This document shows, piece after piece, positions 1-17,513 of a stretch of 64,000 bases of DNA. Below the pieces are notes generated by a model, which was given only the letters and a program-made list of their open reading frames with translations, did not search any database and was not told the origin of the DNA. Source of the stretch: the human T2T-CHM13v2.0 reference genome, Homo sapiens. The first letter of the stretch is position 1. Each line of letters begins with the position of its first letter. The DNA lies in assembly GCF_009914755.1 (NCBI RefSeq), contig NC_060934.1, one strand, 5' to 3'. The translations under genes and the position numbers were made by a program.

Positions 1-1046
1 ATAGTTTTTACCTGTGGCATCATTTTGTTACCATTTAATAATGGCCGTTCACTTTTAGAAGTAAATAAGTAAGCCATTGTAAGGGAACTTAGGAACTTTG
101 TGTGCAGTTTAGTAGCCAGCTATTCAGACTTTGATAATTTGGATTACTGGTTTCATCGTGTTTGCACACAATAGCTGAATAATGAGGATCATTAAACTTC
201 TTGTGCAGACATATCCAACTTGTGTTTGCTGCTAACCCTGGAGGCTCTGTGCAGCTGGGGAGGTGAGGACGGGCTCTTTATTGACTTGACAAGCTGTGAG
301 TTTGCATTACAGGCCAAGCAGCTCATGACCCATTCTATTTATGTCACTGGTTTGTGGTGGGGAAACAGGTAAAGAAATCCTGCTGAAAATCCCTCCTTCT
401 GCACGTTTTTATGAATAACGCCAGTGTTTATAGCAGTGAGGGCACTGTGATCAAATCCTCCAAAAGCTGTAATGCTGGCAGCATGGAGCCATTGTGGGAC
501 CAGCTGTGGGCGGTATTGGTTTCTCTGTGAGACATTGCTTATTCAACAGAAAGCTCTGGACGAGAACTTACTATGCAATTAAACAGGAGAGAAAAAGGGA
601 TACTTCAGAGAGAAAAATATAGAGAAGCAAAGCACCGTCTAGAAGTATGAAACAAATAATGGTTGGCAATAAAGGCCAGCAGGAATTCAAAATTATTTTT
701 ACAACGATCAATTTAGATTAAGTGATGATAGTTTATCTCACAAGTGATGAAAAATTATATCATGTTATACTGTTAAATGTTTTTCTGTTTTGTTTAAAAT
801 TAAAAGGATTGTTTTTAAAACTGTTTTCGGTCATCACAAAAATAACCTTAGCTTAAGTCAAACTTTCAAACTCCAGTGAATTTTCTCTTGAATTTCAAAA
901 GAGTTGGGAAAAATGGGTTACTTTAGTGCCTCTACACCAGTCTAACCCCTTGAAAACAAAAAGTTAGGATAAAAGTTTGTCTTGTCAACACTGAGTAGCC
1001 ACTTTAATGTTTTTTCTTTTACTACTCAGAAAATCTGAGTGAGAAC

Positions 1047-1084
<38 letters not shown>
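1047..1084. repeat. (TA)n microsatellite
   Basis: Direct read, one interruption (tgta). Confidence 0.95.
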
Positions 1085-1330
1085 AATTTAAAAGGGGTAA
1101 TGTAATTGAACTGGGAATGTTAGGCATTTTTGAAGGATTATCTTATTATTACAAAGTTATTTTTAGCAAAATGTCATTTCTCTAAATTGAAAAAAATGAG
1201 AACATATGCACAAGCAGACATTTCTGAGATTTTAACTATTAACCCATAAAATTGGTCAACAATCTGTTTCTATCTGTTGGCCACACTGCTAATTTTAAGC
1301 CATTCTAATGGGCGCCATTATCAGGCCTTA

Positions 1331-1720
<390 letters not shown>

Positions 1721-2227
1721 TCATTATGTGTTTGGTATAGCTGAAAACAATGTAAAACCATTTCCGGAAAACAGAACAAAGCCTTCAGGATCTGATTGTA
1801 CCTGGTGTTGGGAATGACTAGGTGGCTGAGGAAGTGGAATCTGTGTTGGCAAACAGAAATCTCAGTGGTCCTGTGACTCATTAAGCAGATGGAAGGAAGG
1901 TAGGCAGGGAGGAAAGAACAGAGGAAATGGTCTTGTATTTTAAAATATTTTAAACAGGCAAAAATAATTCTTTTACAGAAGTGTTCTCACTGCAGTAGTA
2001 GGTATTCTATTTAAAGCTGATTAATATTTCTTGAGCTGCTGTGTTTAATACTGCAAGTAATCCAAAGACAAGATACAAATCTTACTCTTAGGAAATTGAC
2101 TGTCTAATGTGGATGAGAGAGACAGATCTGCACACAACTGGGACACAAAGCAACTATGGGCAATGTATTTCTTTGAAAAGGCAAGACCCAAAACTACGTA
2201 CCAACCTTAATGTCTAAAGGCTGTTAA

Positions 2228-2593
<366 letters not shown>

Positions 2594-2934
2594 TAGGAGG
2601 TTTTCTCTTCCCCCTCCTTTGACCCTGTCCTTGTTGGTCTGCTATGGATGATGCACTCAACTTAGACGCACTCGATTGTGCAGCTCCTTGATCTCACTCA
2701 GAGCTTTGAATTTCACAAAATCATAGTAGGACTAGACTATGGTCAACATTTGCCTGGAAGGCTTTTTAACCAAGCTATCATTTTTTCCCCAGTAAATTAA
2801 TAAAGTGTAACATACACACAGAAAAGTGAATTAATTTTAAGTGTATAACTCAAGCCATCCTTAAAAATTCCTAGCAACAGTTTAGACGTATACATTGTAA
2901 CAGGCATTTTCATCTTTTTCGTTGTTTTGCTTTG

Positions 2935-3247
<313 letters not shown>

Positions 3248-3253
3248 TAATTA

Positions 3254-3604
<351 letters not shown>

Positions 3605-6563
3605 CTATAATTTTCATGTAAAGGCAATTGCTGGACATTTTAGTATATATTCTTTCAAACTTTTTTCTAAGTATACACTCATACCTTCTTGTTTGCTTTT
3701 TTTATTTTCTTAGAAAAATTCCATCTTACACCTCCCTTTTTCTTGGATAGACATATCATTTGTGTGTGTGCACACATGTGTATCACCACTTCAGATAACA
3801 ACATGGTGTTTGTTCATCATCTATGTAACCGATCTCCTATTCTAGGGTATTTTAAATTGCAGTTATTCTAGTTTTTATTTTTTTATTTTATTTTTTGCAG
3901 CCATAGACAGTGCTACAAATCATATTCTTTACCCCAGACCTTTACACAGCTGTCTAATGTTGCCTCAGGATACATTTCTAGAAGTGGAATTGCTGGTAAA
4001 GAGCTTGCACGTTTTTAAGTTTTCCATAATCATTCCAAATACTGGACCAACCATCTCTCCCTTTCCCCTAGCCTGACAGTACCAGGTGTTGTCAATCTTT
4101 TTCATCTTTACCAAAGAAGCCTTAGATTGTCATGTTTATATCTTTGATTACTATGAAAATGGAACATTTTTTTCTTGTCTAGTGGCTGGTTTTGGTTTTT
4201 TTATTCTATTTTCTACTTGCTGTTTCCTTTGCTCATGTTTGAATAAGAACATTAATTCTTTTTTATTCACAACAGCTGTTTATATAAGAAGGAGTAATGC
4301 TTTATTGTTGCAAGTAGTTTGCTTCACTTTGTCTTTTGCCTTTTAACTTTGCTGAGGTTATTTTATGCCATATAAAATTGTCGTGCAGTCAAATCAGCAT
4401 TTCCCTTTATGGTTTCAGCTTTTGGTGAGATACTAGAAATTGTGTCCTACCCCAAGACTAAAAACATCTATATTTACTTACTTTTCTGGGAATTTTTATG
4501 GTTTTGTTTTCTTTTACCTAATTTTTAAGACGTTTAGAATTTATGGTTTGTGATACAGCTCCAATTTTGAGGGATTTTTTTAATTAACTATACCATCCAA
4601 CAAGTCATAATTGAGCTAATTCTCAATTGCACATGCGTAATTATTGCATAGTAAAGCACATGAACATCTGAAAATTATTGTAGACAATAGCTTCAGTCTC
4701 TACCTCCAACAAACATTTTCCACTATAACAGCCGGCAAACAGTAAAGTTAAAACGAAGTGACAACCAAATTCTTTGCAAGCAGTTTTCTAAGGCCCCATC
4801 CGTCGATCCTGTGAATGGCTATTGTAAGATAGAAGATGTTTCCCTTGAATAACCTCCTCTTGTTGATAACTTACATTTTCAGGCTTATTTTTGCCTGCAG
4901 TCATATTTATTGATCACAACTCTCTTCTTCCTATCATCCTCTGTTCTCTCTCTTTCCTGCCCCTGAAATTAACTCCATTAACCAACAACTGAAAACGCCT
5001 GGGTTGTCCTCACACTTCCTGACCTAAAATTGTAATTCTTTCACTTGCTCTGTTTCTTCTCTTTTCTTTTTTTCTGTTTTCATTGATATCCCGTATTTCT
5101 CTCACCTGTGCTTTATCCCGTCGCACATCGTAAAGCATATTATTATGCTTTTTGGCGGGAGCTATAATTTTGAATGGATAGAAAAATACACTAAAAGTAT
5201 CATGTCATCTGGAAAATTACTACTTTCTGGATCAGCTTTTGTTTCTTAGTTTGAATTCTAACACATTTTATTTTAATAACCATCATGTTAAAAGCTGAGG
5301 ACATAGAAATTAGAAAGGCTTTTTGTTCCTTTGAGGAACTACTGATAGAGCAGGGGTAACAAATCTGTGTACAAACTATTCAAATTGTTTTTTAGCCTTA
5401 AGAAATTGGGTCAGTTTCTTTCATTGTTCAGTATATTTTAGAAAAGAATGAATATTCCGCACTGATTGAAGACAGATTTTTTTTAAATGTCCATAGAGTC
5501 AATTTCATTATTCTTATTCAAACCTATATCTTTGCTGGTTTTTTGACTGCTTATTCTGTCAGTTATGCAGGGAGATAAATATGCTTACATCTGTGGCTAT
5601 GATTGCAGATTCATCTGTTTCTTACTGTTCTGTCAGTTTTTGCTTTATATGTTTTGCAGATGTTATTAGGTACATACAAATTTTAAACTGTTATAGCTTC
5701 CTGGCAAATTGGAACCTTTTATCATCAGGAAGTAGCCTTTATTATCACTGATGGTTCTTGCCTTAAAGTCTTTTTTGTGTGGTATTACTTTTCTTTGTAT
5801 TTGTATACATCTTTTTATAGCCTCTCACTTTCAGCCCTTCTATTGCTAGATGTTCCTCTGGGCATTAGAATATATTGGGTTTCACTGTTTATACAGCCTG
5901 ACAACTGAATCACTTAGACCTTTTATGTGATATAATCATTGATATTTTGAGTTTGAAATCTACCTTATTATTTTGTGCTACTTCTTTAGTGTTCAGTGGT
6001 TTTTTTTCTCTCTCTCTCTCTTCTTTTATCAGACCAAGGTTTTTTTTTTATCGTTCCTTTTTTCCTCATATTATACGTTGTTTGTAATTTTTGTGTGGTT
6101 ACCCTAGAAATTACCATACTTTATTCACTACCTTTACACTACAGTTTATATAATAGAGGGACATTAAAATACTTTAGCTCTGTTTACCCATTACTGGCTT
6201 ACATATCATTATGTTGTGTAATGAATTATGTAAACACTTGGAAGATCTTTGTAAGTCAGTGAACCAGTATTTTCCAAATGACCAATGTATGACATTATAA
6301 AATTATGCATGGGTAAATTTTGTGTTCATAGTGCTAAACAGAGCAATAAATTTTAATGTAACAGAATATGAATGTCTGTTGATATGATTTCAGATTACAC
6401 ATTGCAACCAACTTATAAGAAACTATCATTTGTTGCATTTAATGCAGCATTAAAGAAGAACTTACACCATTATCCAAAAAATCTTTTAAAATACTCCTCC
6501 CTTCTCTAGTTACATATGCCTACATTAAAGAGATTTGCAAAAATTTAAAACATTGCCAGTCTT

Positions 6564-6690
6564 GGCCAGGCACAGTGGCATGCGCCTGTAATCCCAGCTA
6601 TTAGGTAGGCTGAGGCAGGAGGATTGCTTGAGCCCAGGAGTTCAAGACCACCCTGGGCAACAGAGCAAGACGCCATTATCAAAGAAAAAA
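6564..6690 (+). mobile_element. Free Alu monomer (FLAM_A-like)
   Basis: Single monomer with A-tail; 15-bp TSD aaaacattgccagtc at 6547-6561 and 6696-6710. Confidence 0.85.
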
Positions 6691-6773
6691 CAACCAAAAC
6701 ATTGCCAGTCATTACCAAGTTTTTTGTCTTGGAAAATATAGTTATTTTCATAAAAAAAAATGTTATCTGTTAA

Positions 6774-7205
<432 letters not shown>

Positions 7206-8822
7206 TAATAATTTTTAGGAATTTAAAGGGGCCCTAGGACGAAAAATTTGAGAATTGTTGCTTTAGAATTTTTTTTTTTAAATGTGCTGGTGGCAAATTC
7301 TTAGCTTTTGCCTGCCTGTAAATGTTTTTGTTTCATCTTTATTCCTTAAAGATGTTTTCAAAGACATAATTTATTTTTCTTTAGCACATTGAAGATGTTA
7401 TTCCACTATCTTCTAGATTTCATCATTGCTAATTAAGAAGTCAGCTGTCACCTGTTTCTTCTTTGAGAGGAATTGTTCTTTTTTCCCTCTAGCTGCCTTT
7501 CAGATTTTTCCTCTCTATCTATGATATTTTATAGCTTCACTTTGATGTGCCTAGATATAGATTTATTTTTATTTATCTTGCCTAGGGTGTGTTGGGCTTC
7601 ATAAATCTGTGGATTGGTATCTTTCATCAGTTCTGTAAAAGTCTCAGGTACTCTTTGTTAACATTCGTCTCTGCCCCATTTTTCTTCTAGAATTATGATC
7701 AAACATGCACTAATTAGACCTTTTATTGTATTCTCTTTGCTTCTTAGGCTATGCTCCGAAAATTTATTTTGTCCTAATCCTCAGTTTATAGTTCTGTCTT
7801 GTTTCCAATCTGTTGTTAAATCCCTCCTTTCAATTTTAAATCTCAGTTACTGTATTTTTTAATTTCTAGAAGGTCTGTTTGGTTCTTTTCAAATCCACTA
7901 GATCAAGTCACTCTCTGTGACTTCCTACGACCTATATTTCTAGCCTTTGCCTTTTATTATTTTTTTAACATTGTAAGCAAAGTTGTTTTATAGTTGATAA
8001 TTCTTGTATCTGTGGTCTTTGTCTCTTCATACTAGCTGTTATTTCTTAACAGTTTTCCCTGATCCCACCTTACTTCCTCATAGATTTGATTATCTTTGAT
8101 TATGTGCTGCTTATTTTTTTTAAAGATAATTATCTGTATTAATATGAGACCTAGATTTTAAGATACTTCCCCTCAGGATTGTGCTGTGTGCCTGGGCACA
8201 TTGCAAGTCCAAATTACTTTAAAGTATCCTAGAACACCAGAGGTGAAAATTCATGCCATTCTCGTGCATCTTTACCTTATGGGTATAGCCCATTGGGAAT
8301 CCTTAGTGTCGGGAGGGAGTTCTATTACACCTTCCACTTCGGGCAGATCCTGGGCTTTGACATTCGTCCTCTTCATCATAACCAAAGATCAGACTTGCCT
8401 AATGCGTAAATGCCCTTGGGGTAAAGCATCTGTGTTCTGCTTACCTCTCAGGGTTCCTGCTTTTCCCTTTAGCTTTGGTTCCATCACTTGTGTGTTCAAC
8501 CAGTATGGGAAACTGCCTCTAGAAGCAGTGTTTTAAAATTTTAGTCTAACCATAAAAATAGAGAATGCTTACCCTCTGGATATAAATGCCATAGCGATAA
8601 CTTTGAACTCCTACATTACATGCCTTTTATGTAAGGCAAACCTCAGTACACATTGAGAGACAGTGTCATATACTTATTAAGATCACAGGCTCTAAAATCA
8701 GACTGCCTTGTTTAAATCCTGGCCCTGCCATGTAGTAGTAACCTGTGTTAATTTATGCAAGATACGTAATCTCTCTGTGCCTTGGTTTCTTCGTTTAAAA
8801 AGCAGAATAATAGCTTGCCTCA

Positions 8823-9178
<356 letters not shown>

Positions 9179-10399
9179 CCTAGATAAGGCAAGGCAAGTA
9201 AATATTTAACACAGTGGTGCCTGGCCCACAATTGGCTTTCAAGTGCTTAGGACAGTCAGACATATAGAAAGTGCTCAATAAATATTCATCGGTTATGATG
9301 TTAAGCATTTATGAAGTGTCTGCTGCACCAACAAGCCTGTGCTAAAGTCTCTTGATCTTTGGCTGTATCCAAGTTAGGAAGATGATCACCCTTGCAGGAA
9401 ACAAATAGAGAACAATTCGACAGCAGTAATGAAGTTACTTGCTGAAATAATGGTGAAGTTTTTGAAGTAACTTAATGTTTTATGAATTTATGATCAGAAT
9501 AGCAAAGAGTCAGTGCCTTTTGGTGAAAGTGGTTTCTAAACTAGGACTATGAGGAAGTGGAACCGTGAAGGCTGGCAGCAATGAGGCCAGAGGCTGTCGT
9601 GAGCAACAGCCGTGAACATGGCACGGGGCCGGCAGTTCCCATCTGGATGCAGTTTTTGAAGTGTTTCTCCACATTGAGGTTCTCACTACAACCCTCTGAG
9701 GCCACTGCATTTCTTTTCACTTTGTTGCTGAGAAAAACAAGGCCTAAAGAATTGTGTGGAATAGTAGAAAGAGACAAGCTGGGACAGTCCACAGGCTGGC
9801 AATTCCTGGTGAGGTGAGGATGGCCATATTCCATGGCCCAGAAACTTCATTTCTAGGGATGGGGCTTGGAGAAGTCCTTGAACAGTTCTATTTATGAGTC
9901 AGTGTGTAAGTTTACAAGTGAATGTCTCCTACTTTCAGTAGGATGATGGACAAAAACCTTTGGCTTACTAATACCATGGAATACAATATAGTAATTAGAA
10001 TAAATAATATAGATCTCTATGTGTCAGCATGGATAAATCAGGAGACATAAAACTAAGTGGGAAAAGCTAGTTGCAGAGGACAACTGGAGTGTGACATTGT
10101 GTGTATAAAAGTTAAAAGACAGCAAACAGTAATGCAGTATGTATTGTTTATGGACACCTACAAAGGCAGGAAAGGTACAGAGAAAAAAACAAAGTACCAA
10201 GAACAATAAACAAAAACATACCTGTCTTAGGGCAGTGGTTGCTCTGGGGCAGGGAAGGAAGTTCATCTGAAACAAATATGGCAAAGGCTAACATATTTTA
10301 TCTCTGATTATTACCTAACTGTCTGTTATATTGTTTTCTCTGTGTGTGAAATTATATATATATATATATATACCTTTTTTTTTTAATAAAGAAGCTTAA

Positions 10400-10700
10400 A
10401 AACAAGCTTTGGAATCAAGTAGACTTTGGTTCAAAAGCTGCCACCCGTTTACTCAAATTCCTTTCTCTTGCTGATCTTCAGTTTCCTCATCTACAAAATG
10501 GGGTAATCATTACTTCTTTGATGTTCTCATAAGGACTGGATGAGATGATGTTTGTAAAGTGCCTAGTATGACCTCTAACTTCTTATAGGTCCTCAATAAA
10601 TAGTGCTTTTTATAATAAATTGAGTAATCCAAGGCCACAGGTCTAGTCTCTGGCGGCTGTAGAATTTGAACTCAGATGTCCTGGCCCCAAGTCCAGAGCT
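10400..10700. mobile_element. MIR remnants
   Basis: tcagtttcctcatctacaaaatggggtaat MIR core; ctcaataaatag. Confidence 0.7.
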
Positions 10701-10854
10701 GCTTCCACTGGCGAGAGTTGTGTGAAGAGGATGCTGTTAGTGGAGGAGCAGGGTCACAGTACCACAGCTCTAGCGACCTGCGGCAGCATCACCAGGACAG
10801 AAGCTGCCGCTGCATTACCTCCTCCTTACCTCTGCAGCCCGTCTGGGAACAATC

Positions 10855-11160
10855 TTTTTTTTTTTTTTTTTTTTTTGAGACGAAGTCTCACTCTGTAGCC
10901 CAAGCTAGAGTGCAGTGGCGAGATCTCGGCTCACTGTAACCTCTGCCTCCTGGGTTCAAGCGATTCTCCTGCCTCAGCCTCCTGAGTAGCTGGAATTACA
11001 GGTGCACGCCACTGCACCCGGCTAATTTTTTGTATTTTTTAGTAGAGACGGTGTTTCACCATGTTGGCCAGGCTGGTCTTGAACTCTCGACCTCAGGTAA
11101 TCCACCCACCTCGGCCTCCCAGAGTGCTAGGATTACAGGGGTGAGCCACCTTGCCCAGCC
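10855..11160 (-). mobile_element. Alu (AluS-like)
   Basis: Reverse-complement Alu consensus with T-tail. Confidence 0.9.
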
Positions 11161-11839
11161 TGAACGGTCAATCTTTAAAACCTGGCAATCAAAGCCAAAC
11201 CCAGAAGTGAGAAAGTCTTCACAGTTTTATTGACAATGGCATTGAGAGTATTAAGAAGAAACATTGGAATTAAGAAGAGAGAAATAGAAACTTTTTCTTT
11301 TTAAGCTGCTCTGTCCAGCAGCTTAGGCCAGGTTAGGTTTATGGTAATTAACAACCCAAAAATCTCAAGGGCTTCCAACAGCAAATGTGTCTTTCTTGCC
11401 CATCTCCAGTGTGGAGCACAGGCTGCTCCAGGTCCTCTCCAGCTGGAGCCACAGTGGAAGGAGCAGCCCCTGTCAGGCCCCCCCGAGGACTCAGCAGAGG
11501 TGGGGGTGGGGAGCGCCACCTCTGAAGCCGTCAGAGCTTCTGCCCCAGCACAGGAACAGGCAATTGAAGTCATATTTCTGTGAACAATGCATGTGTATTG
11601 GTTGCTAGAAATTTCTAACTGTCTGGCCATTGAGGGGAAGTTTGGAAAATGAAAAATTCGTCTGAGTAAGTGGAGAGGCCACTTCATGCAGGGCCTGGAA
11701 CTCAGTTCTTGAGCTGCCTCTAGACGTTGAAGTATTTCGCTACTGGAAGAAAAGCTATTTTACGATCATGTTTTTAAGCACGGGTTTGGTTCGATGATGA
11801 TCCTGTTTTGACTTTTACCTTCTCTTCTTTTGTTGACAG

Positions 11840-12092
11840 TGTCATCAGCAAGGTGGTCCCTGCCCCCGAGGCCAAGCCGGCGCCCTCGCAGAACAGGCCG
11901 AAGACCCCACCGCCGGCCCCCGCGCCCGCCCCCGGCCCCATGCTCGTCAGCCCTGCGCCCGTGCCGCTGCCGCTGCTCGCCCAGGCCGCCGCGGGCCCTG
12001 CCCTGCTGCCCTCCCCGGGTCCCGCCGCCTCCGGGGCCAGTGCCAAAGCCCCCGTGCGCAGCGTGGTGACTGAGACGGTCAGCACCTACGTG
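11840..12092 (+). CDS. TAF3: TAF3 internal coding exon (Pro/Ala-rich linker upstream of the PHD finger; third-last exon)
   Basis: Acceptor ttttgttgacag|T at 11839/11840 and donor GTG|gtgcgt at 12092/12093. Encodes VISKVVPAPEAKPAPSQNRPKTPPPAPAPAPGPMLVSP...VVTETVSTYV, matching the TAF3 sequence as I recall it. GC-rich exon in an AT/Alu-rich intron. Confidence 0.95.
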
Positions 12093-12199
12093 GTGCGTAC
12101 CTGCCGCCCGCGCGGTTAGCATGGAGACGTTTTCAGATCGAGACAAGTGTGTGCTCTGAATCACTATCGAATTTCAGACGCATTTCTCTTCAAAATTTT

Positions 12200-12968
<769 letters not shown>

Positions 12969-13386
12969 AAGATGCATTTCTTCATTGCAGTTTTTCACTG
13001 CATTTTCAAGCTTTTGGCTGAAAAGTTACATCACAATGTTCACATAGTCAGCCTCCATAAATCATATCAAAGCTTGTTTTTATATTGTTTTGGGATATGA
13101 CTATATGCATATATACAGTAATATCAATCTGTAAATGTAGAGACGCATGGTGGTACTGAAATCTCACATTGAATTTCTTGATCAAGCAATTCAGTTATTC
13201 ACTTAAGAGTATAATTTATAGAATGTACACTGATATTATGAGCCAGGTAGTGTTTCTGAATAATAGCACTAATTATATTTTATTGGCTATGATCCAGAAT
13301 ATGCCAGGGCTTGCATATTAAATGGAAATGAACTTTGAGACCACAGAACTCCTGAGTATCCAAGCATGATTTCAAATTGTAAAACC

Positions 13387-13684
13387 AGCTGGACGCAGTG
13401 GCTTACGCCTGTAATCCCAGCACTTTGGGAGGCTGAGGCAGATGGATCACTTGAGGTCAGGAGTTCGAGACCAGCCTGGCCAACATGGTGAAACCCCATC
13501 TCTACTAAAAATACAAACAAAATTAGCTGGGCATGGTGGCACGTGCCTGTAATCCCAGCTACTCGGGAGGCTCAGGCACAAGAATTGCTTGAACGGGAGG
13601 CAGAGCTTGCAGTGAGCCAAGATCGTACCACTGCTCTCTAGCCTGAGGGACAAGAGCGAAACTCCATCTCAAGAAAAAAAAAAA
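13387..13684 (+). mobile_element. Alu (AluS-like)
   Basis: Alu consensus; aaattgtaaa on both flanks (TSD). Confidence 0.9.
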
Positions 13685-14004
13685 TTGTAAATCCCACCAT
13701 GTCCACTGAGTCCACATTGTTCTGGGACTGTTTTTTAGTTTCTTACTCCCTGAATACACTCTGGCAGTAAAGTGTTTATACAGATTACGTTCTTTGGATA
13801 CTATAGAATTAAACACACAAACACACAACGAAATATTTAAGGTGTGTGGAGCCATTGCCATTGCTGTGACTACCAACTCTGCAGACTGTGATGTGTTAGC
13901 CTACTGGTGGCCCTGACCTTGTAACTAGCTAGGTACTAATATGATTGGAAAGTGGCTGGGTAGGACTCATGGTATTTGTTGTTATAAACTGTACAATATT
14001 ACAT

Positions 14005-14337
14005 TTCTTTTTTTTATGTTTTCTTTTTTTCTTTTGAGGTAGTCTCACTCTTCTTGTCCATACTGGAATGCAGTGGCACAATACCACTCACTGCAGCCTC
14101 GACCTCCTGGGCCCCAGTGATCCCCTCACCTCAGCCTCCCGAGTAGCTGGGACCACAGGCGTCTGCCACCACAACTGGCTGTTTCTTGGCTGTTTTTGTT
14201 TGTTTGTTTTTGGTTTTTGTGGAGATGATGTCTCTCTGTGTTGCCCAGGCTGGTCTCAAACTCCTGGGCTCAAGCAGTCCTTCCACCTTGGCCTCCCAAA
14301 GTGCTGGGATTACAGGCATGAGCAACCACGCCTGGCC
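14005..14337 (-). mobile_element. Alu (AluJ-like)
   Basis: cactgcagcctcgacctcctggg and ctcctgggctcaagcag are AluJ-type features. Confidence 0.85.
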
Positions 14338-14657
14338 TATTATTAAATTTCCTTAAAGGAGTTTTGGAAGGAACTTCTAAAAGTGTGATCATCAAATTGG
14401 TCCATTCGGGGACCAATCATTGTAGGTGTTTAATTAGAGGCAACATCACCCCCAAATGGGTTGATCAGGAAAGATTTTGTACTTAACCTCCTTGACCTTC
14501 GTGTCTTCATCTGTAATTAAGGAGTTTGTGTTAAACTTGGTAATCTCTGTGGCATGTTCTAGCTCTAAAAGTTCTGGTTTTCCAGTAGATCTTTGAGCTA
14601 ACTCACTTCCTGGAGATGAGTCCAACTGGAATAGACAATGTAGATGGAAAGCTTACT

Positions 14658-14965
14658 GGCTGTGCATGGTGTCTCACGCCTATAATCCCAGCACTTTGGG
14701 AGGCCAAGGCAGCTGTATCACATGAGCCCAGGAGTTGAGACTAGTCTGGGCAACATAGTGAGACCCCATCTCTGCAGAAAATACAAAAATTGGCTGGGCA
14801 GGGTGACATGTGCCTGTAGTCTCAACTACTCAGGAGGCTGAGCTGGGAAGATCACCTGAGCCTACCGAGGTCAAGGCTACAGTGAGCCATGATCACACCA
14901 CTGCACTCCAGCCTGGGTGACAGAGTGAAACCCTGTCTTTAAAATAAAAATGAAAATTTAAAAAA
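14658..14965 (+). mobile_element. Alu (AluJ-like)
   Basis: gtcaaggctacagtgagccatgatc is an AluJ-type feature. Confidence 0.85.
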
Positions 14966-16492
14966 AGCTTTCTACCTCATGAAGAGAGACGCTTTGTGGT
15001 TAGAGGACAAAATTTATGATTTAGATGACATACAAAGGCTAGAGAGCAAAAAGGCAAATTTTGTCACTGCCTAATGGTGTGATGTTGGAAATGCCACTTA
15101 AATTCCCTTAGCTCCGGTTTCCCCATTCATAAGCTACCCAGAGGTTGTTTTACAGGGATTAAATGAAATGAGATGTTTAGAAGAATTTAGTAAGCTATGA
15201 GGTATTTGGTATTAGTTGCTGTGGATGCCGTGGTGAAGTTCTTGTGCGGCACACAGAGTCACGGCCTTCTGACTTCAAGCAAGGTCAGCCAGCAGCAGGA
15301 CTGGCCACACGTGGGAGCTTCAGGGCATAGGATGTTCCACCAGCCTTGGCCTCTAGACAGCAGGTACGGGTGACTGCTGGTTCTCACCCCTTGTTACTTT
15401 TTCTCCTGGAATTACGGAGGGTCAGAGATGTAGTTGCCCACAGATTTCTTTAGGAAGTTTTCCTGTCAATGTAGTTTGCCTTTGTAGAGTTGCCTTAAAG
15501 GAAGCCCATCACTACAGTGAAACATATATGGACCCCCAATGCACCTGTCACACACAAAGAAAGCCTTTCTAAAAGCATGTCTAGTCAGTGTGGTATTTGA
15601 AAGTCTGGGAAGAACTATCCCTTACAAAATAAACCGGATGCAATAATGTGCTCTGTTATTGTAAACACTTTGGAAGTTACCTTTTTCTTATTGCTGGTGT
15701 TGAATGCCCATCAGTGAATTAATTCTTCCAGGTTGGCTCTGTTCATGTGAAGTTTGAGGAAGTGGTGAATAGGATGTTCCCTCTTTAGAACTGCTAAGTT
15801 AAATAAAGTCAACTCTAGAGTACACAATATTTGTAGCAAAATAATGTTGAACCTTGTAGCTCTGTGGCCTCCCTATCCCCTTATTTCATTTGCCCTTTAG
15901 TTGATTGTACTTTACTAAAAATGTCATAAAGGGAATGGAAAGTTACTTAGTAACAACTCTTTTATATCCTTGATCTTATCAGCTCCTTCAGGAGAAGGGC
16001 TTGGCTAATAAGTAATAAGGTGGTGCATGCACATTTGGCTGTCTATATTAATTCCATGCCTATGAATGCGATTGAGAAAACCACATATAAAGTGGAGCTC
16101 TATAACTTTCAAAAAATCAGTTGTTACCACCCTTATAAAGACCCAAATCATTAAGAATTTACATAGTTATAGTTTTTTTTTTTATGAAAGGGGTTACAGG
16201 TCATATTGTTCACAGAGATGATTATAAAATGCTTTTTATGACTTACAAAAGAAAGCTTAGAATATTCGTTAGAAATGCCTTATCATTGAACACTTAGCGT
16301 TTTTCTGTTTCTTGATTCTAAAACAGTGATGACGCTGATCATGGCATTAATGAAGTGCTGATCTACTATATTTTTTAGTTTAATATGCCTGTTTATTCGG
16401 TTAACAGTATAAAGTAATCATTCTGATCTGGCCTCTTTTTGTTTTTTTTCCCATTCCCTCCATTTTTGCCGCTTCCGCTTTGCAAACATCAG

Positions 16493-16599
16493 ATCCGAGA
16501 TGAGTGGGGCAATCAGATCTGGATCTGCCCTGGGTGTAACAAGCCTGACGATGGGAGTCCCATGATTGGGTGTGACGACTGCGATGACTGGTACCACTG
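16493..16599 (+). CDS. TAF3: TAF3 penultimate coding exon, N-terminal half of the PHD finger (H3K4me3 reader)
   Basis: Pyrimidine tract plus catcag|ATC; donor TG|gtgagt at 16599/16600. Encodes IRDEWGNQIWICPGCNKPDDGSPMIGCDDCDDWYHW (C4HC3 pattern). Phase is consistent with both neighbouring exons. Confidence 0.97.
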
Positions 16600-17398
16600 G
16601 TGAGTGCCCAGGGCGCCCTGCCGGCCACACTCATTAGGCAGCATCAGCCGCTCCTGAGATGAAGCATCCACTGAGTAGATTCCTGCCTTTGGACTGACCC
16701 AGGGCTGTCCTAGGGACAGTACATGGAGTCAAATCACTGAGCCTGTGAAGTGCAATTAACTGCAAAACCCAAGAGTCCTTAGACTATTGTTATTCACCCT
16801 AAATTCTGAATATTCTGCTTAGCTTATCTATCCTTCTTATTAAAAATAATAATACTAAAAGGAGATCCAGGGGCTTCCCTGGCCTTCCTTTCCAGTAATG
16901 TTCTGTAGGAGCTGTAGCACTGGCCAGGACCACGAAGAGGCAGCGCCTTTGTAAAGGTGGTACAAACTGCAGGACTAAAGACTGCTTATCTGTTTTTTAG
17001 ACCTCTTCAGCGGTTCCTAAAAACTGAAAAGCTCAACCAGAATTTATGCAGATAATCTCGTGTTATCTTTAAAATGTCAGATACAAAAAAGATAGCAACC
17101 TGTTCAGTTATGATAGACGATATCTGTGAGATAAAGACAAAGCCGTGGCTCGGAAGACTTCTATTCCTGGCTGAGAGGATGAATGAACGGATGAGTCTCT
17201 GCAGGGGGCCTGTAAAGGGAGCATCTGTGATCTCATAGTCCGCATGCCCAACAATAGTGCTACACACAAGTTAGTGCTGCTTGACTTTGATTTCGGGTAA
17301 ACATGTCATAGACTCTAAAAAATTACTTTAAAACATGGAAGGGAGAAGAATAGATGTCTGTATAAAAGTTGCTTATCTGAGCTTGTTTTCACGTGCAG

Positions 17399-17513
17399 GC
17401 CCTGTGTTGGAATCATGACTGCACCCCCAGAAGAGATGCAGTGGTTCTGCCCCAAGTGTGCGAACAAGAAGAAGGACAAAAAGCACAAGAAGAGGAAGCA
17501 TCGAGCCCACTGA
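17399..17513 (+). CDS. TAF3: TAF3 last coding exon: end of the PHD finger and basic tail, stop TGA 17511-17513
   Basis: Acceptor gtgcag|G at 17398/17399. Encodes (W)PCVGIMTAPPEEMQWFCPKCANKKKDKKHKKRKHRAH*, completing the PHD zinc ligands. Confidence 0.97.

Noticed and set aside
11300-11580. Possible MLT1-type LTR remnant
   Set aside because: Resemblance too weak to call by eye.
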